A stretch of DNA of 57,252 nucleotides, the filler included, from Sphacelaria rigidula (taxonomy: Eukaryota): the NCBI GenBank assembly GCA_964200075.2. It is 6 parts of 6 records of this genome, joined end to end, with 100 filler letters (N's around TTAATTAATTAA, not from the genome) between each part and the next. Parts side by side here need not be neighbours in the genome. Positions count along the whole stretch, not along the records: positions 38,238 to 47,695 come from CAXNAA020008451.1; positions 47,796 to 57,252 come from CAXNAA020008452.1; 4 more parts are not named here. One strand, 5' to 3'. Numbering within the stretch: the first letter of the stretch is position 1; every line of letters starts with the position of its first letter. The notes under the pieces are model-generated. The model did no database searches and was not told the origin of the DNA. It saw only the letters and a program-made list of their open reading frames with translations. The translations under genes were made by a program, and so were the position numbers. Positions 39,126-51,373 of the stretch are shown here, piece by piece.

Positions 39126-42024
39126 CCCTCAAGAACTCGAATTTTCAATCTTAGGGCCTACGTGTTCCGAAATTCCCGCTGCCCCCTGCCGTCCCGCCTC
39201 AAAAGTAACATATGCGTACACTACCATGGGGACGAATTTTACACTATGAAATGAAAAGGTGGTTGTTTCTCGCTGTTGAGTTGTTTTCACCAAGAATATT
39301 GTTTTGAGGTTTCTTAAAACTACTGCTGTTGGCATCGTTTGGAGGAGGAAAGTGTATTCCATGCTTTTTCTGATGGTGTAGAGCCTCATGCCTGGGCCAG
39401 ACGCTGCTCCTGTTGCGTCTCCTGTACCGCCCCCCGTGACCCTGTGCTGTACAAGGAGTGATATTCGAATATCTAATATTCGATATTACTCTTCCTTGAT
39501 TCTTTTCATCTTCTTTGAGGGCGCGATGTTGAATGTACACGATTCATCCATCGTCCCTCGGTTTCCAGATCGCCCCGCCTCACCTCAATTTCGAGAGTTT
39601 GACTTTCAAATTTTGGTGCAGAGAATGAGTAGGGCTTAATATAAGTACGTGTTCCGGACACTGAGTTTGTTTTTTCTCGTGATATGACGTTTTCCTGAAA
39701 ACTAGGTACTGATTATTGCCATTAACTCACGAAAAAACGAAACAGAGTGTCCCGAAGTAATATATTTGAGTGTGCTCCATTCTTTCTCCGTACCAAATTT
39801 GAAAGTCCAACTCTCAAAATTGAGGTGAGGCGGGGTCCGCGAACCACAAATTCGCGTCCAGGCCGGCGCAGCTCGTAGGCGATCTTTACATCGCAAACGA
39901 TTCCCCTGTCTTAGTCTCGCCGTTCTCTCCGAGGAACCGGGGCATGCTTTAGGCGTCATGCGATTTCCTTGCCTGACCGCCCGCGAGTGTCGTCGCGCGC
40001 GGGAGTGTGTTTTTTCCATCAAATGCATCGACCTCAACCAGCCGACTCATTCAAAGACGTCAGTCTCAGCAGAAATAAATAGAGAGCTCCGGTAAAAGAA
40101 AATCTCGTAGAGTCGGAGTTCAGAGTGAAAGCTTTGAAACTTCAGAGTAGACGTTAAACATTTCGTAGCGAAAGCATGTGTGACGTAGCTTGTCGCGGTA
40201 ATTGACCGCAGGTTCTGCCGCCAAATGTGCGATTCGACCAGCGTCGAGTTCGAAACTGCAGAGGTCAGCACAACAATGACTGCACAATCACAGTAGCGAG
40301 TCTGTGTTGTACTGTACCCTGCGGCACCGTACATATCATACACTATGCTTCACTGCACTTGCAGTACTACACTACGGGACATGGTGATGAGGGTCGAAGT
40401 GGTTCTTCATCGTTCCGCTATGAACTATGGAGAGGCACAACGGTTTTCAGCACGAAGAGGTGCAAACGGCACTGTGACGCTGAAAACCCCCCGAAAATTA
40501 TCGTGGAACGTGCACCGCTACTGACTATTTTTGTTCCCACTCTAACTTTGATATGGGAAAAAACATTTTCCGACACTCTCGAATGTGTTTGTGCCAGGGC
40601 GTGCGCTCGTGTGTATGTGGAAACATAGGAATATATACTTCAACGTTCATCGGACCCGCTTGAGAACTGAGGGCTATTTTTGCACACCCGTATCTCGGCT
40701 TGGAGTTGAACTCTCGTGCGCACTGACATGGATAAGAAACAGTCATGCGTGCAACAAGAACAGATCAATATTTGAATCAAAATCTGACATATTGCCGTCC
40801 CGTTGTGTGCTACTGCAATGCGCAACCCAAGATTCATCGATATGGGCTTGTTGATGGGTGTGCTCCATATGACATATGGCCAAACATTCAGCCCGTTGTA
40901 GTGCCCCCTGCGCACGCACAGCAGAACGTCTCGAACCGGTGTCCTCTACAGGCGATATGTGACTGGGGTTTGTACAGATACAGAGTATGTATATGGTGTC
41001 GCAGTTCGGATCGATGGTGTTTGCCAGCACAGCAACCGCCCAGCTGCACATGATGTGGAAGCTAGTGCACCAGAATGTCGAGATATGCATCGAGGGTTAT
41101 TACACAAGAGTTTGGTCGGCGGACAAGCCGTGCGTATCGACGATATTGCCAAAAGGCGCTAATCGCCGTGCTACGCTTTGCGCATGGGCCAAACGTGCCG
41201 CCGATTGGCGCACATGCTGCTTGTCTAGTGTCCAACTACCGTACCAAATTTTACGGCTGGTTATCCGCCCACAGTGGAAAGTTCCAAAAGCAAATGTGGA
41301 TATTCACGCATGGAGAGCAGGATGCTTGAAAGGAGGGGGTACGCCCACTGCAAACGGCAGGGGTAGGGTCACCCTGGTGTGTCCACAGTCGAAGGAATAT
41401 ACAGTATCTCGAGCTCCTAGAGGATGCGATTAGATTGTCAAACTAGGTAGGGGAGGGGGAGGAGGGCTGCAATCTATTCGAGATCGTTGTCAATAACCAG
41501 CTATCAAAGTACTTGTGGATGGGGCGTGTGCAGTGATGAAATGGGCAAGTCGTTGTCCGCAGTTTGTGTGTAGACGGCCGATATTTTACCGTGGAGAAAA
41601 AAGCAAAATGAGATGAGCTACCGAGAGCCCTGCATGAAGCACGCGTGATCAGCGATTGATGCTCCTTGTAGTCAGAGTATGAAGCGACTACCTATAACCT
41701 GCAGAGAGTTCGACCAGCAGGGGCAGGGGCAGGAGCGATGCAGCGTATCCCGTGGCTGTCCCCTTAAGTGGTGATACCAGAGAGTGTACTACAGAGTTTT
41801 TCGAGGCTTCCACCCAAATGCAAGATTATAAGTACGCTTCGGGCCAAACCATGTCAGCAAGATGCAGCTCGCCGCTCATGCAACTCGCCAAACACATCAC
41901 AGCACCTCGCGTTTGGTGATTGATCGCGAGCCTGGTCCGACGAAACCGCGGTGTGCTCCGTCCCGGCTTTGTAGGGATGCGAAGTCAATGGACTCGCGAC
42001 GACGGCATGCAAGATCATGAGTAT

Positions 42025-42057
<33 letters not shown>

Positions 42058-42115
42058 CTCTCACCGCCTCCCACCAACCAAAACAATCTGCTCGTGTTTC
42101 TTTTTTGCTGCTGCA

Positions 42116-42125
42116 NNNNNNNNNN
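42116..42125. other. Intra-scaffold gap (10 N)
   Basis: Ten N between poly-C tracts. Confidence 0.95.
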
Positions 42126-42967
42126 GGAGGGAAAAGCAAAGGCCCCCCCACGGCGGCAAGAAAAACCAAAAATCCACCCCCCCCCCCCCCCCCCCATCCC
42201 TCCGCCAGGAATAGCCGTCCAACAATAATGTCATTGATTACGGCGTTTTTTCATCAGCCGCCCTGAGCCCGAAACACGTTCCTTGTCATTTGTTGTTGTT
42301 GTTGTGAGCGTCATAATGACATGGATGTTGTCACCACCTGGAAACCCCCCCGATGATCGGTAAAAATCAACGCGTGGTTTAGTCTTCAGCTCCAGTCGAA
42401 GAAACTCCGAAACAACCTTCACATGCTTCAGAATGATTGTCCCGCAGTGGAGGAAATTGAAGGAATAGACAGTGGAAGAAACAGGCGTGAAAAATAGACA
42501 AGCTTGATCATGTGCAAAAGAGCTGGAACAAATGTTGCGAAGTTCGTCCAAATATTCCCGGTCAGAGCTGCATATCGATCTCTACCTTTGGATATCTCAT
42601 CAACATGTTGTCATGACACACTGCCGTGTGTTTTCGTATCGCTTGATCAATCAAATCTGCCATATGTGATGGATTTGCCCGATTACACCATTCCAGTCCT
42701 CTGGCCATCGGAACACCTGGTGATATTTTGAGCGTTATGCTAGGGGCGCTTTCCCTGTACCACATACCTACAAGAACTTCGACATGAAGCGCATGAGGTT
42801 GTTCACCACCGTTCAACTATCGACTCAGCGTCAGGTCGCATCGAACTCAATTCTGTCATGATATTCACTGTGGTCAGAGGCTGCTACGACGACGAATTCC
42901 CTCGCTTGATCCGCCGGTGCTGCTTGCTTCCCATGGCGTCTTGCTTCTCGTCTCTGGCAGACGCTCT

Positions 42968-43046
42968 ATGATTGACAAGCCCCCGAGCATGACTGCCATC
43001 TTGCTCCTTCTATTGTGGCTCACCGCCTCCTTGGGCGCCTCCGCAG
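42968..43046 (+). CDS. Signal-peptide exon of adhesin-like / pectin-lyase-fold-like secreted protein
   Basis: MIDKPPSMTAILLLLLWLTASLGASA followed by a consensus G|GTGAGT donor (phase 1). Too short to appear in the ORF track. The start could instead be the ATG at 42989. Confidence 0.7.
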
Positions 43047-43514
43047 GTGAGTTCAACAAAACCTGACGAGGCAATCGACGGGTGTTCGTGTCCTACAAGT
43101 GACGGCAATCGCTCAGACGTTTGTGCGATGCGTAACCAAGTTGGGAAAAGAACGAGTAGGTTCGTTTCCCCCAAATGACTGAAGCTCCACACACAGAGGC
43201 GCATCGACTACTAGTCTACACTGCTACCGCTTGCAAAATCGCCTTCATAAATACAACACGAATAGCCATACAGTGGAATGCAGTCGCTCCTAAACCGCAA
43301 ACAACTCCCACATGGCACACCAATTCGAGTGGCTCTTCAGTTCCCACCGGTATGATGGAGCCGTCTGCTTTCGAACGCGTTTTTGTTTTAGTTCTTTGCC
43401 TGTGCCTCCCCCCCCCTACTGTATACCTCAATCCTTCTTTCTCTTGCATCATCTTCGCCGTTGTGCTTTTTTGTGTGTCGCTGCTGGGTTTGCTGGGGCT
43501 GGCGAACTCGCAAG

Positions 43515-43934
43515 TTGGAGCTATCCCAGGGACACTGTGTCCCGAGGGGGTGAGTAATCGATTCGTCTCCACCACGGCGGATGCTTTGGAACTGAGCGAC
43601 GCCTTGCTCTGTTTGGGGCGCGGTCAGTTCGAGGTTGAGTGGAGCGGCGAGGTGTTGTTAACACGAACCATTACTATATCGAACCAAAGCTCGGTTACGG
43701 TTTGGGGGCACGGTACGGCAGAGGCCGTGATCGACGGTGGCGGTGTCGTTCGGCTCTTTGAGGTCGACAGCGGGTCAACGCTGGAGCTTAATAGTCTGTC
43801 GCTCGTGGGAGGGGGGTCGGAGAAGGAGGGATCATTTGATGAAGAGGATGGCATGGCAGTGCTCGTGACAAACTCCTCTCAACTGATTGCTTCGAACTGT
43901 TCGTTCATTGGCAACAACGCGACCGGCATTGGAG
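43515..43934 (+). CDS. Second exon of adhesin-like / polymorphic-outer-membrane-protein-like beta-helix protein
   Basis: AAG acceptor in phase 1 and G|GTAGGA donor. Encodes GQFEVEWSGEVLLTRTITI...AVIDGGGVVRLFEV...LELNSLSLVGG...CSFIGNNATGIGG, with FxxN and GG motifs typical of the beta-helix Pmp-like proteins expanded in brown algae. Confidence 0.8.
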
Positions 43935-45269
43935 GTAGGACATGTGTTTTCCAGAACGTTGTACCGAGGTTTTCCCCGTATCCCGTGTGATGCAGTACAG
44001 TATCACCCGTATCCAGCATACTGGGTAGTACCGTATTCCTAGCACCATTTCTGAACGTAGCCCGTATCACCCGTGTGGCCGTTGTCACCTCTTCAAAATA
44101 CCCTGTATCGCTCGTATCCGCCGTTATGAAGAGTGGGAAAATAGAGAACACATGGCTTTCAAGGCTAGTACCGACGATAAGACGCGTGCAAACTCGTACT
44201 GATGATACTGGAAGGAGCTTCAGATGAAATAGCACACACGAAACACACACAAATGGAAGGTCTGAAAGGCCTGTGATGCATGCAATGTAGATAGGCAAAG
44301 CCGATACATGGAAAAATATCGGCGTAGCGCAGCAAGCGGGGCGCGCCGGACCAGCGAAGGAAGCCTATGAAGCCCGTTGTGCAATCCCGTTCCCCCCATT
44401 CACCCACCGGGAACGCGGTATTGAGAGTTGGCGTCGGTTGACGACGACGCTGTTAATACACCATCCACTGTATGAGCTAGGCAACCAGCGAAGGTTACGG
44501 AGTTTTTTGCTTGCGTTTATTTTCGCGGTAACCACGGTGATGGTGGAGCTAGATCATATTGTGCGGGGGTAGAGAATCTCTGTGTAAAGGGGATGATTGT
44601 ACTTTGTGATGATCATATCGTGAGACACCCACGGGGCTGTGTGTATCCCCTGACTGTCTCTGCAAGTAGCGATACCAAAAAATGCAGCAACTCATTCGAA
44701 GCTGCCATCCAGCTGCAAGATAATCAATACGCTTCGGGACGAAGAATCCTAGTAGGATGCAGCTCGCCCTTCGTGCGACTCGCCGAACACATCACGGCGC
44801 TTCGCGCTTAGGAGTTGCTAGCCAGGTCCGCGAAAACCCGGGGTGCTCCTGCCGGGCTCCGAGGTCAATGATCCCATGACCATGGCATGCAGAATCATAT
44901 GTAGACGCCCCCACCTGGCGAGAGAGGGCCTTCAGAGGGGCCGCCGGAGGTAGGAAGATTAAAATTTGAGCAGTTTTTTAATTGTTTTCCATCGAAAGAA
45001 AAAAAAGCCAAACAGCACTAATAAAGCCAGTCTCGTTCAACAAACCTAGATCTACTGATTTTCTTTTTTTCCTACCTCCGAGGTAAAGGATGCACAGAAC
45101 GAAATCTCAAACCCTCACCACATTTTCGTTTGTTCTAGGCCTGCTGGGCGCGAAAGAGACAAACCACACTGACTCATCAATGATTTATTCCACGCTAATC
45201 CCTACACACCATGAGTTATGTGATTCTAGACTGGTGGAAGAAATTACTCACACTGAGTACTTTGGTGGA

Positions 45270-45620
45270 CCGCGTCACTTGATCCCAGAATATGCGGCAC
45301 ACTGCTTGAACTGAGCACATGTAAACCAGGTTACATAATATTAGACTAGCTGAGGCAGGTTACTTCATTTGAGAGGTGAGGCCAGCCACCAGCTCCAATA
45401 TCAGTAAACTAGGTCACTTGATCTTATGCTAACTGAAGCCAGTCACTTGAACTGAGGAGAGGTGAACCATGTCACTTGATACCCACGAAAGCTGAGGAAA
45501 GTGACACGAACTGAGTGTACGTGTATACCAAGTTACTCACTACGAGACTAGTTGGGGCTAGTTACACCAATCGAGTACAGGTGTTTTTCGATATTTGACC
45601 AGCTGAGGCATGCTACTTGA
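45270..45620. repeat. Degenerate minisatellite-like tract
   Basis: Recurrent GTCACTTGA, AACTGAG and AGCTGAGG motifs. Confidence 0.45.
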
Positions 45621-46515
45621 CCTGAGAGTAGGGAAGATCACTTGCTAGAATTGCGTGAAGGTGACAGGGCTGATCCGTGGTCCCCAAGAAAAAAGCCTCT
45701 CTGCGGTACTTGCATGCATTTGTTTTATGCGCGAGTGGTTTAGTAACGTACTCGCTCAGTATTTTCACGGCCAAGCATTCGCTCTGTCTCCTTTGCCGTG
45801 CACGAGGTAGGGAGTAATACCACACACTTGCTGAGAATCGAAGCGTAACCTAGCCGTCTGGAGATGAAGGAGATTACAAACAGGAACACCGCGTCGAAGT
45901 GCATGACATGTGTACATTGGATTCTGAATGTCCCTTCGGAGGAAAACGTGTACTTGTGAAGGCCACTGGAGGCAGCACGGATACATACAAAAACTCATCA
46001 ATAGTCACGGAGTAGACGGAACACCAGAAGCATACCGCGGCGCAATACGAATGCAAGCATGGAAAAGTTTAGCCTCGCCACCGAAGTCATCCAAACATCA
46101 TGAGGAACCACAAACGCGCGATAACCAAGAATGTCCGAGAAAAAAAAACGAATATTGGTACCTAGATGCGAAACCGCAGAAGCTCATCAAAGATAAAAGA
46201 TTTTTGGAAAGCGCAAGCCGATTGCAGCTAGCAAGGTAAGTGGCTGGCTTTCAAATTCAGATCCCAAACATCTTCAGCTATAATCTAGACAGACAGCAGA
46301 TATATATCGGGTGCTAAAGGCCTGTGCACGCTCGCTGTCTGCTACCAATGTTGCTGTTATTGGTCTGGGTTTTGAGCTTTCATCCCCTGCTCGATGTTGC
46401 CCTCCTACTCTGTACGAAAATATTGGTAAAAATACAGGGGCGGGTTCCCGATGGATGATATATATATATATATATATATATATCGTATCGTCCAAGAGTC
46501 GTATACGATAAGAAG

Positions 46516-46605
46516 ACCGACGAAGGGATTTGAACCCTTACTCCCCCTGCGAAACGCGAGCGAGACGCAGAGTGCTCTTTCCAGTTAAGCTACTCGTACG
46601 TCGGT
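46516..46605 (-). tRNA. tRNA-like cloverleaf / tRNA pseudogene (unit 1)
   Basis: Acceptor ACCGACG/CGTCGGT, D arm GCTTAACTGGAAAGAGC, perfect T arm AAGGG-TTCAAAT-CCCTT. Has a 6-nt insertion before the D arm and an 18-nt anticodon region. Confidence 0.55.
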
Positions 46606-46898
46606 AGCGTTGAGTGAACAGGATGGGGCTCGAGTGAGCTTGACAGATAGAGTGGAGGTGACGAGAAGAAGTTGTGAGATGAGTTGGGGATGATCCGCGA
46701 TCTATCCATGCAGCTCATCTCAGACAGCTGGACATGGATCAAGGGACCATGTACCGACATATATTGGCCTAGAGGTCAGGCCAATGTATAGATCACCTTG
46801 GGTTCGGTGTATACAACGTTCTGTGACTCTTGCACATGTTCGGTCTGATGTTTTCCCGATATTCGTCGACGCCAATAAGAGTCGTATACGATAAGAAG

Positions 46899-46982
46899 AC
46901 CGACGAAGGAATATAAACTCTTACTCCCTCTGCGAAACGCGAGCGAGGCGCAGAGTGCTCTTTCCAGTTAAGCTACGTCGGT
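46899..46982 (-). tRNA. tRNA-like cloverleaf / tRNA pseudogene (unit 2)
   Basis: ACCGACG-TA-GCTTAACTGGAAAGAGC-A-CTCTG-(18 nt)-CAGAG-GGAGT-AAGAG-TTTATAT-TCCTT-CGTCGGT. The T loop is mutated. Confidence 0.5.
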
Positions 46983-47530
46983 AGCGTTGAGTGGACAGGA
47001 CAGGGCTCGAGTGAGCTCGACAGAGTGGAGGTGAAGAGAAGAAGTTGTGAGATGAGGTGGGGATGATCTGCGATCTATCCATGCAGCTCATCTCAGACAA
47101 CAGGACATGGATCCAGGAACCATGTACCGACAGACATTGACCTAGAGTTCAGTCCAACGTATAGATCACCTTGGGTTTGGTGTATACAACGTTCCGTGAC
47201 TCTTGGGGCATATTCGGTCTGATGTTTTCCCGATATTCCGAGACAAACAGACCATCCTCCAAATATCTAGCGTACGTCAGAGGAACCTTCCTCAGTGCTA
47301 GAACGTTCCCATGAATAGAACCAATAAAGGGTTCTTGCACAGAACTATAGAGTATGTTGGGTTCTCACAAGTGTAATTCACACGTCCGTCAAACGAAATA
47401 GTGTCAGTGTCGACACCAGCCCTAGTGCCCTGGATACATCTAGCCGAGTATGCCCCGTACTCTCGACACTTGAAACCCATACGCGGCGGGTCTGTATCTG
47501 GTCGGAAATTGCATCTTTGTTCGATATTAT

Positions 47531-47620
47531 GAGCATAAACGAGCATAAATTCCACGTTTCGAGCATAAATTGAGCATAATCTTTTTGAACATGCGAGCAT
47601 AAATCGAGCATAAATTCCAC
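47531..47620. repeat. Cluster of GAGCATAA(A) direct repeats
   Basis: Six copies within 90 bp near the contig end. Confidence 0.75.
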
Positions 47621-47695
47621 TTTAAACAGCCGATCATCTATGTTGAGGATGGTGCTTTTCATTGAGGATGAGAACCCGGAGGATTAAAATCTTCG

Positions 47696-47795
47696 NNNNN
47701 NNNNNNNNNNNNNNNNNNNNNNNNNNNNNNNNNNNNNNNTTAATTAATTAANNNNNNNNNNNNNNNNNNNNNNNNNNNNNNNNNNNNNNNNNNNN
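47696..47795. other. Artificial assembly spacer
   Basis: 44 N + TTAATTAATTAA + 44 N. Confidence 0.97.
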
Positions 47796-48304
47796 TGTGA
47801 CAGCCCCGTTGCCACTCGACGCCAACCCAAGAGTCTAGAGGTGGGGGGGGGGGGGGAATCAAAATAAACAGAACCAGGCCCGCAAAAACGGCAAAAAAAG
47901 GAAACATGAAAATAAAAGTAGAAGTGTTTGAACCACATTTATATGCGCATAGTGATAACCAAAAAACATATGGACAGGAAAAACAGTAACAGGGAGTCGA
48001 AACGTTCAAAACTGTGAGACTGAATTTTTGACAAACTAGGTCACGGGTCGTCCGGTTACAGAGCTCGGTATAATATAGCCACCGCATGAACCCTGATTTA
48101 CTGCTCGCTATATCTCCGTACAAATTCGGTCGCTTCTTGCCTATCACTGGCTCACGGCCAATCTTTGCGGTTGTCAACCATAAAGAGAGAAAAAAATCAC
48201 CTCGCTTCGGAGATCTTTCGGCAGCAGGGCACGACAACGTTTTTCATTAAGGCACATAGCTCCACTGCCTCACCCCTAGCAAAGTCTAGTTTACGCTGGC
48301 GACA

Positions 48305-51300
48305 TGTGGACTTGTTTGGAATCAGAACAAGGTCACAGTGCTGCTCCAGAGGCTTCCTCCCTATTAACGGCTCCAGAAACTTGAATGCTCAAGCAGTTAT
48401 ACAAACAGCTGCCTTCGTTAAAACCAGAAGTGACCTTTCAATCCCTGCACACACATCATATTATGTTAAGCAGTCTAACGATACTCCAGAGAATATCCCG
48501 TGACCAAGTCGAATGTAACCTCATACCCAGCTTATCATGTACCTGCACGTGTACGGGAGGTGGACTACTCAACAGGACCCCCAGAACTCCGCACTACTCG
48601 AAGTAGAAAGCGAGTTTGATAAACACTAGACACCGACAAATACGTTCATGCTACCTTTGTCCGCCTGTGAGTGACACGCGACCATGCACTGTCATGTTCC
48701 ACAAGAGAAAGTGATCATTTGCACAACAACCCTGAACATCGACACTCAGAGACAACGTCTCAATCGCACTCAATGAAGTCAACCATCCAAGGGTGATGGC
48801 CAATTATAGCATACTCACACGAAGCCTGCCTTCAGGCATCAAATCTCAGCCCGAAACAAGTCTTCGGACTGCACTCCCGCAAATAGTCTCAAACGTTAGG
48901 GAACTTGCAATTCCAAGCATTCCCACCATTTTTGACGGATTCCACTAGAAACACTCGCTGTATGTGTGCTCACAAATAAACCTATGCATTTCGGAAGCGT
49001 CTCCCTTCATGTTCACGCCAGCAACAGCAATTATCCGCTCTTACAGGCAGTAGCGCAAACCGCACAACGACAACTTCGTCGCATTTTGCGAACAGGAATA
49101 TTTAATGTACCTCATCCAACGTTCAGCAGTGTTTGAAACATGCTGCGATATGGCCGATCGCCCAACACCATGCACAAAAATGCATGTTGTAGAGAAAATC
49201 CACTCATGCATACCAAAAGTTCCCCCAGGATATGCATTGAAACCTCAGCCTCAAAAACTGTGCATCATAACCAAAGCAATTCAACGCACAGATACAAAAC
49301 CATGCACATGCACATCATCGTTTCACCCGGCATACGCGCTCTATGATCATGCTCGTTCGACTGTCATGTCTCATGCGCAAGCAACAGGAGAAACGGGACT
49401 ACAGACAACACCACGACAAACTAAATCGTATCCAAACGGTTCAAGAATATAGCCTTCTTCATGCTTTTCAGTCGCAATCTCAACAAGCACCCAGTCACAC
49501 CAGCACTTGCTCCCCAGCGTCAGCCAGCTCCGCGCTCACCACCAGCAAGCACCTCAAGTAATGCCTTCCGTGTAGTCGCCCACTCAACTCCAGAGAAACA
49601 GCAGTAGTTGAACCACAAACCCATGCCCACCATGGGCCAGAGTTCTCACTCGAGCACTTGCTCCACGTACAATCGGTCCAGCTACATGTAGCACCCCCAC
49701 AGTACCGCTCAGCACGTCACCAATCGGTATGCTCGCACCGTCAAACCAATGCGATAAATTCTCTGCCCCCACAGATGCTTGGACATTAACGAATGCTTGC
49801 TTCAATCGTTTCTTCATTCAGGGGAAACGAGAGAGACGAAACGGGAACAGCCATACAGTGCCGCACAGCAACACCTCCCAACGGCATCACACCATCCTCC
49901 TCAAGCACCTGACCGTGCAGTGACAGAGACACCTCAATCAACGGCGCCAAGCACGACAAACCTGTCCATGTAAAGAGCAGTGCATACGACCACCCCAACA
50001 CTACGCAACGTTCGACGTCGCTGTAGGAGTTTTGATCGCCAATAGCACCACAAGCCTGAAACTCGCTCTGCCTACCCGCTTCGCGCGGGTCACGCACTCC
50101 TGCTGCTTCGAGCATGCACGGCGTGTACACAGCTACACGCTGCTCCGGCGGCAACTCCGCCAACTCGGCATCCAGCTCTCCTTTAAGCGGACATTCTTGC
50201 AAATCATCTGAACCATCTCCCGCCATATCGTTGGCGCAGACAGATTCGCCATGAGCATGGCGAGCCCCAAGCTCGCTCTGCTCGTTCGCATGATGGGAAT
50301 AACACGCCCCTGCAGCTTCGAGCACGCAAGGCGTGTCCTCAGCTACACGCTGGTCATCGACCGCGCGTCGATCACGCAGATCTACATCCGCCAACTTGGC
50401 ATCCACCTCTCCGTCAGGCAGAAATTCCTGCGGAGCAATACTTTCTCCCGTCGTATCACTGTGGCAGGTAGGATCGACATCAGCATCGCACATATGACAA
50501 CCTCGATTCCAACAGTGCCAGCAGACTTGGGCTCCGGGCCCGCGCTGCGCTCTAGTATCATCGCATATATGGCACCCTCGGCCCCAACACTGCCAATAGA
50601 CTCGGGGTACTGCGCTTTTGTTGGACGCGTTACTTTTCCGATCACCGGAAACAGCAGTCGCGGCGCATCGGCTAGCCGCCGTCGATAGTTTCTTTGTTCC
50701 TTTACCTTTGTTGGGCGCGCTGCTTTGTCTATCACCGGATGCAGCAGTTGCGGAGCGCCGGCGACTCGCTGTCGACAGTTTCTTTGTTCCTTGCAAACCC
50801 ACCTCCTTGTTCTTGAGCTTTGCCGTATAAAATATCGACCAGCTGCCTTCCGACTTCAGGAACAGCAATTCCGCACGTACACCAAGGCAAGCTTTTTTAC
50901 CACACTATGGCGACCACAACACCTCTTTTCCCCGCAGTTCTCACCACGTTTTGAAGTCCTTCGTAGGCTCCTTACGTAATACCATTTTCAATGGCTTTTC
51001 ACCTTTTCTCCGTCGCGTCTTCCCCCTTATTCAACGATCGTCCTCGCTTTTTGCAGGAGTCAGCGACTCCGGTCAGAACCCACAAGTTTCCTGTATAAAC
51101 GTGTATTGTAGACTTGTCTGAAATCAGAATAAGGTCACAGTGCTGCTCCAGAGGCTTCCTCCCTATTAACAGCTCCAGAAACTTGAAGGCTCAAGCAGTT
51201 ATAAAAACAGCTGCCTTCGTGGAAACCAGAAGTGACCTTTTCCTCCCTGCACACACATCATATGTTAAGCAGCCTAGTGATACTCTAAAGAATATCCCAT

Positions 51301-51373
51301 GACCACGTCGAATGTAACCTCATACCCAGCTTATCATGTACCTGCATGTGTACTGGACGTGGGCTACTCTACA
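48305..51373 (-). mobile_element. Non-autonomous LTR retroelement, 3069 bp, 4-bp TSD GACA
   Basis: Direct repeats 48305-48574 and 51107-51373, both TGT...ACA and about 90% alike by eye. GACA at 48301-48304 and 51374-51377. PPT-like GGAGTTCTGGGGGTCC next to the left LTR on the minus strand. No RT or integrase motifs seen inside. Confidence 0.88.
49786..50868 (-). pseudogene. Internal ORF (360 aa) of the non-autonomous LTR element with duplicated modules and Cys motifs
   Basis: Three duplicated modules: GTKKLSTA..R..ATA.SGDR x2, W.CW.RGCH.CD x2 and GE.DA.LA...TPC.LEAAG x2. An upstream in-frame ATG (MVLRKEP...) is separated from it by two stops. Confidence 0.55.

Larger units (their letters stand above)
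46494..47238. repeat. Tandem repeat, two units with a period of 383 bp, next to (TA)n
   Basis: AAGAGTCGTATACGATAAGAAGACCGACGAAGG starts at 46494 and 46877, and both units end TGATGTTTTCCCGATATTC. Confidence 0.92.

Noticed and set aside
45270..47620. CRISPR-like arrays
   Set aside because: The repeats lack constant length and unique regular spacers, there are no cas genes, and the context is eukaryotic.
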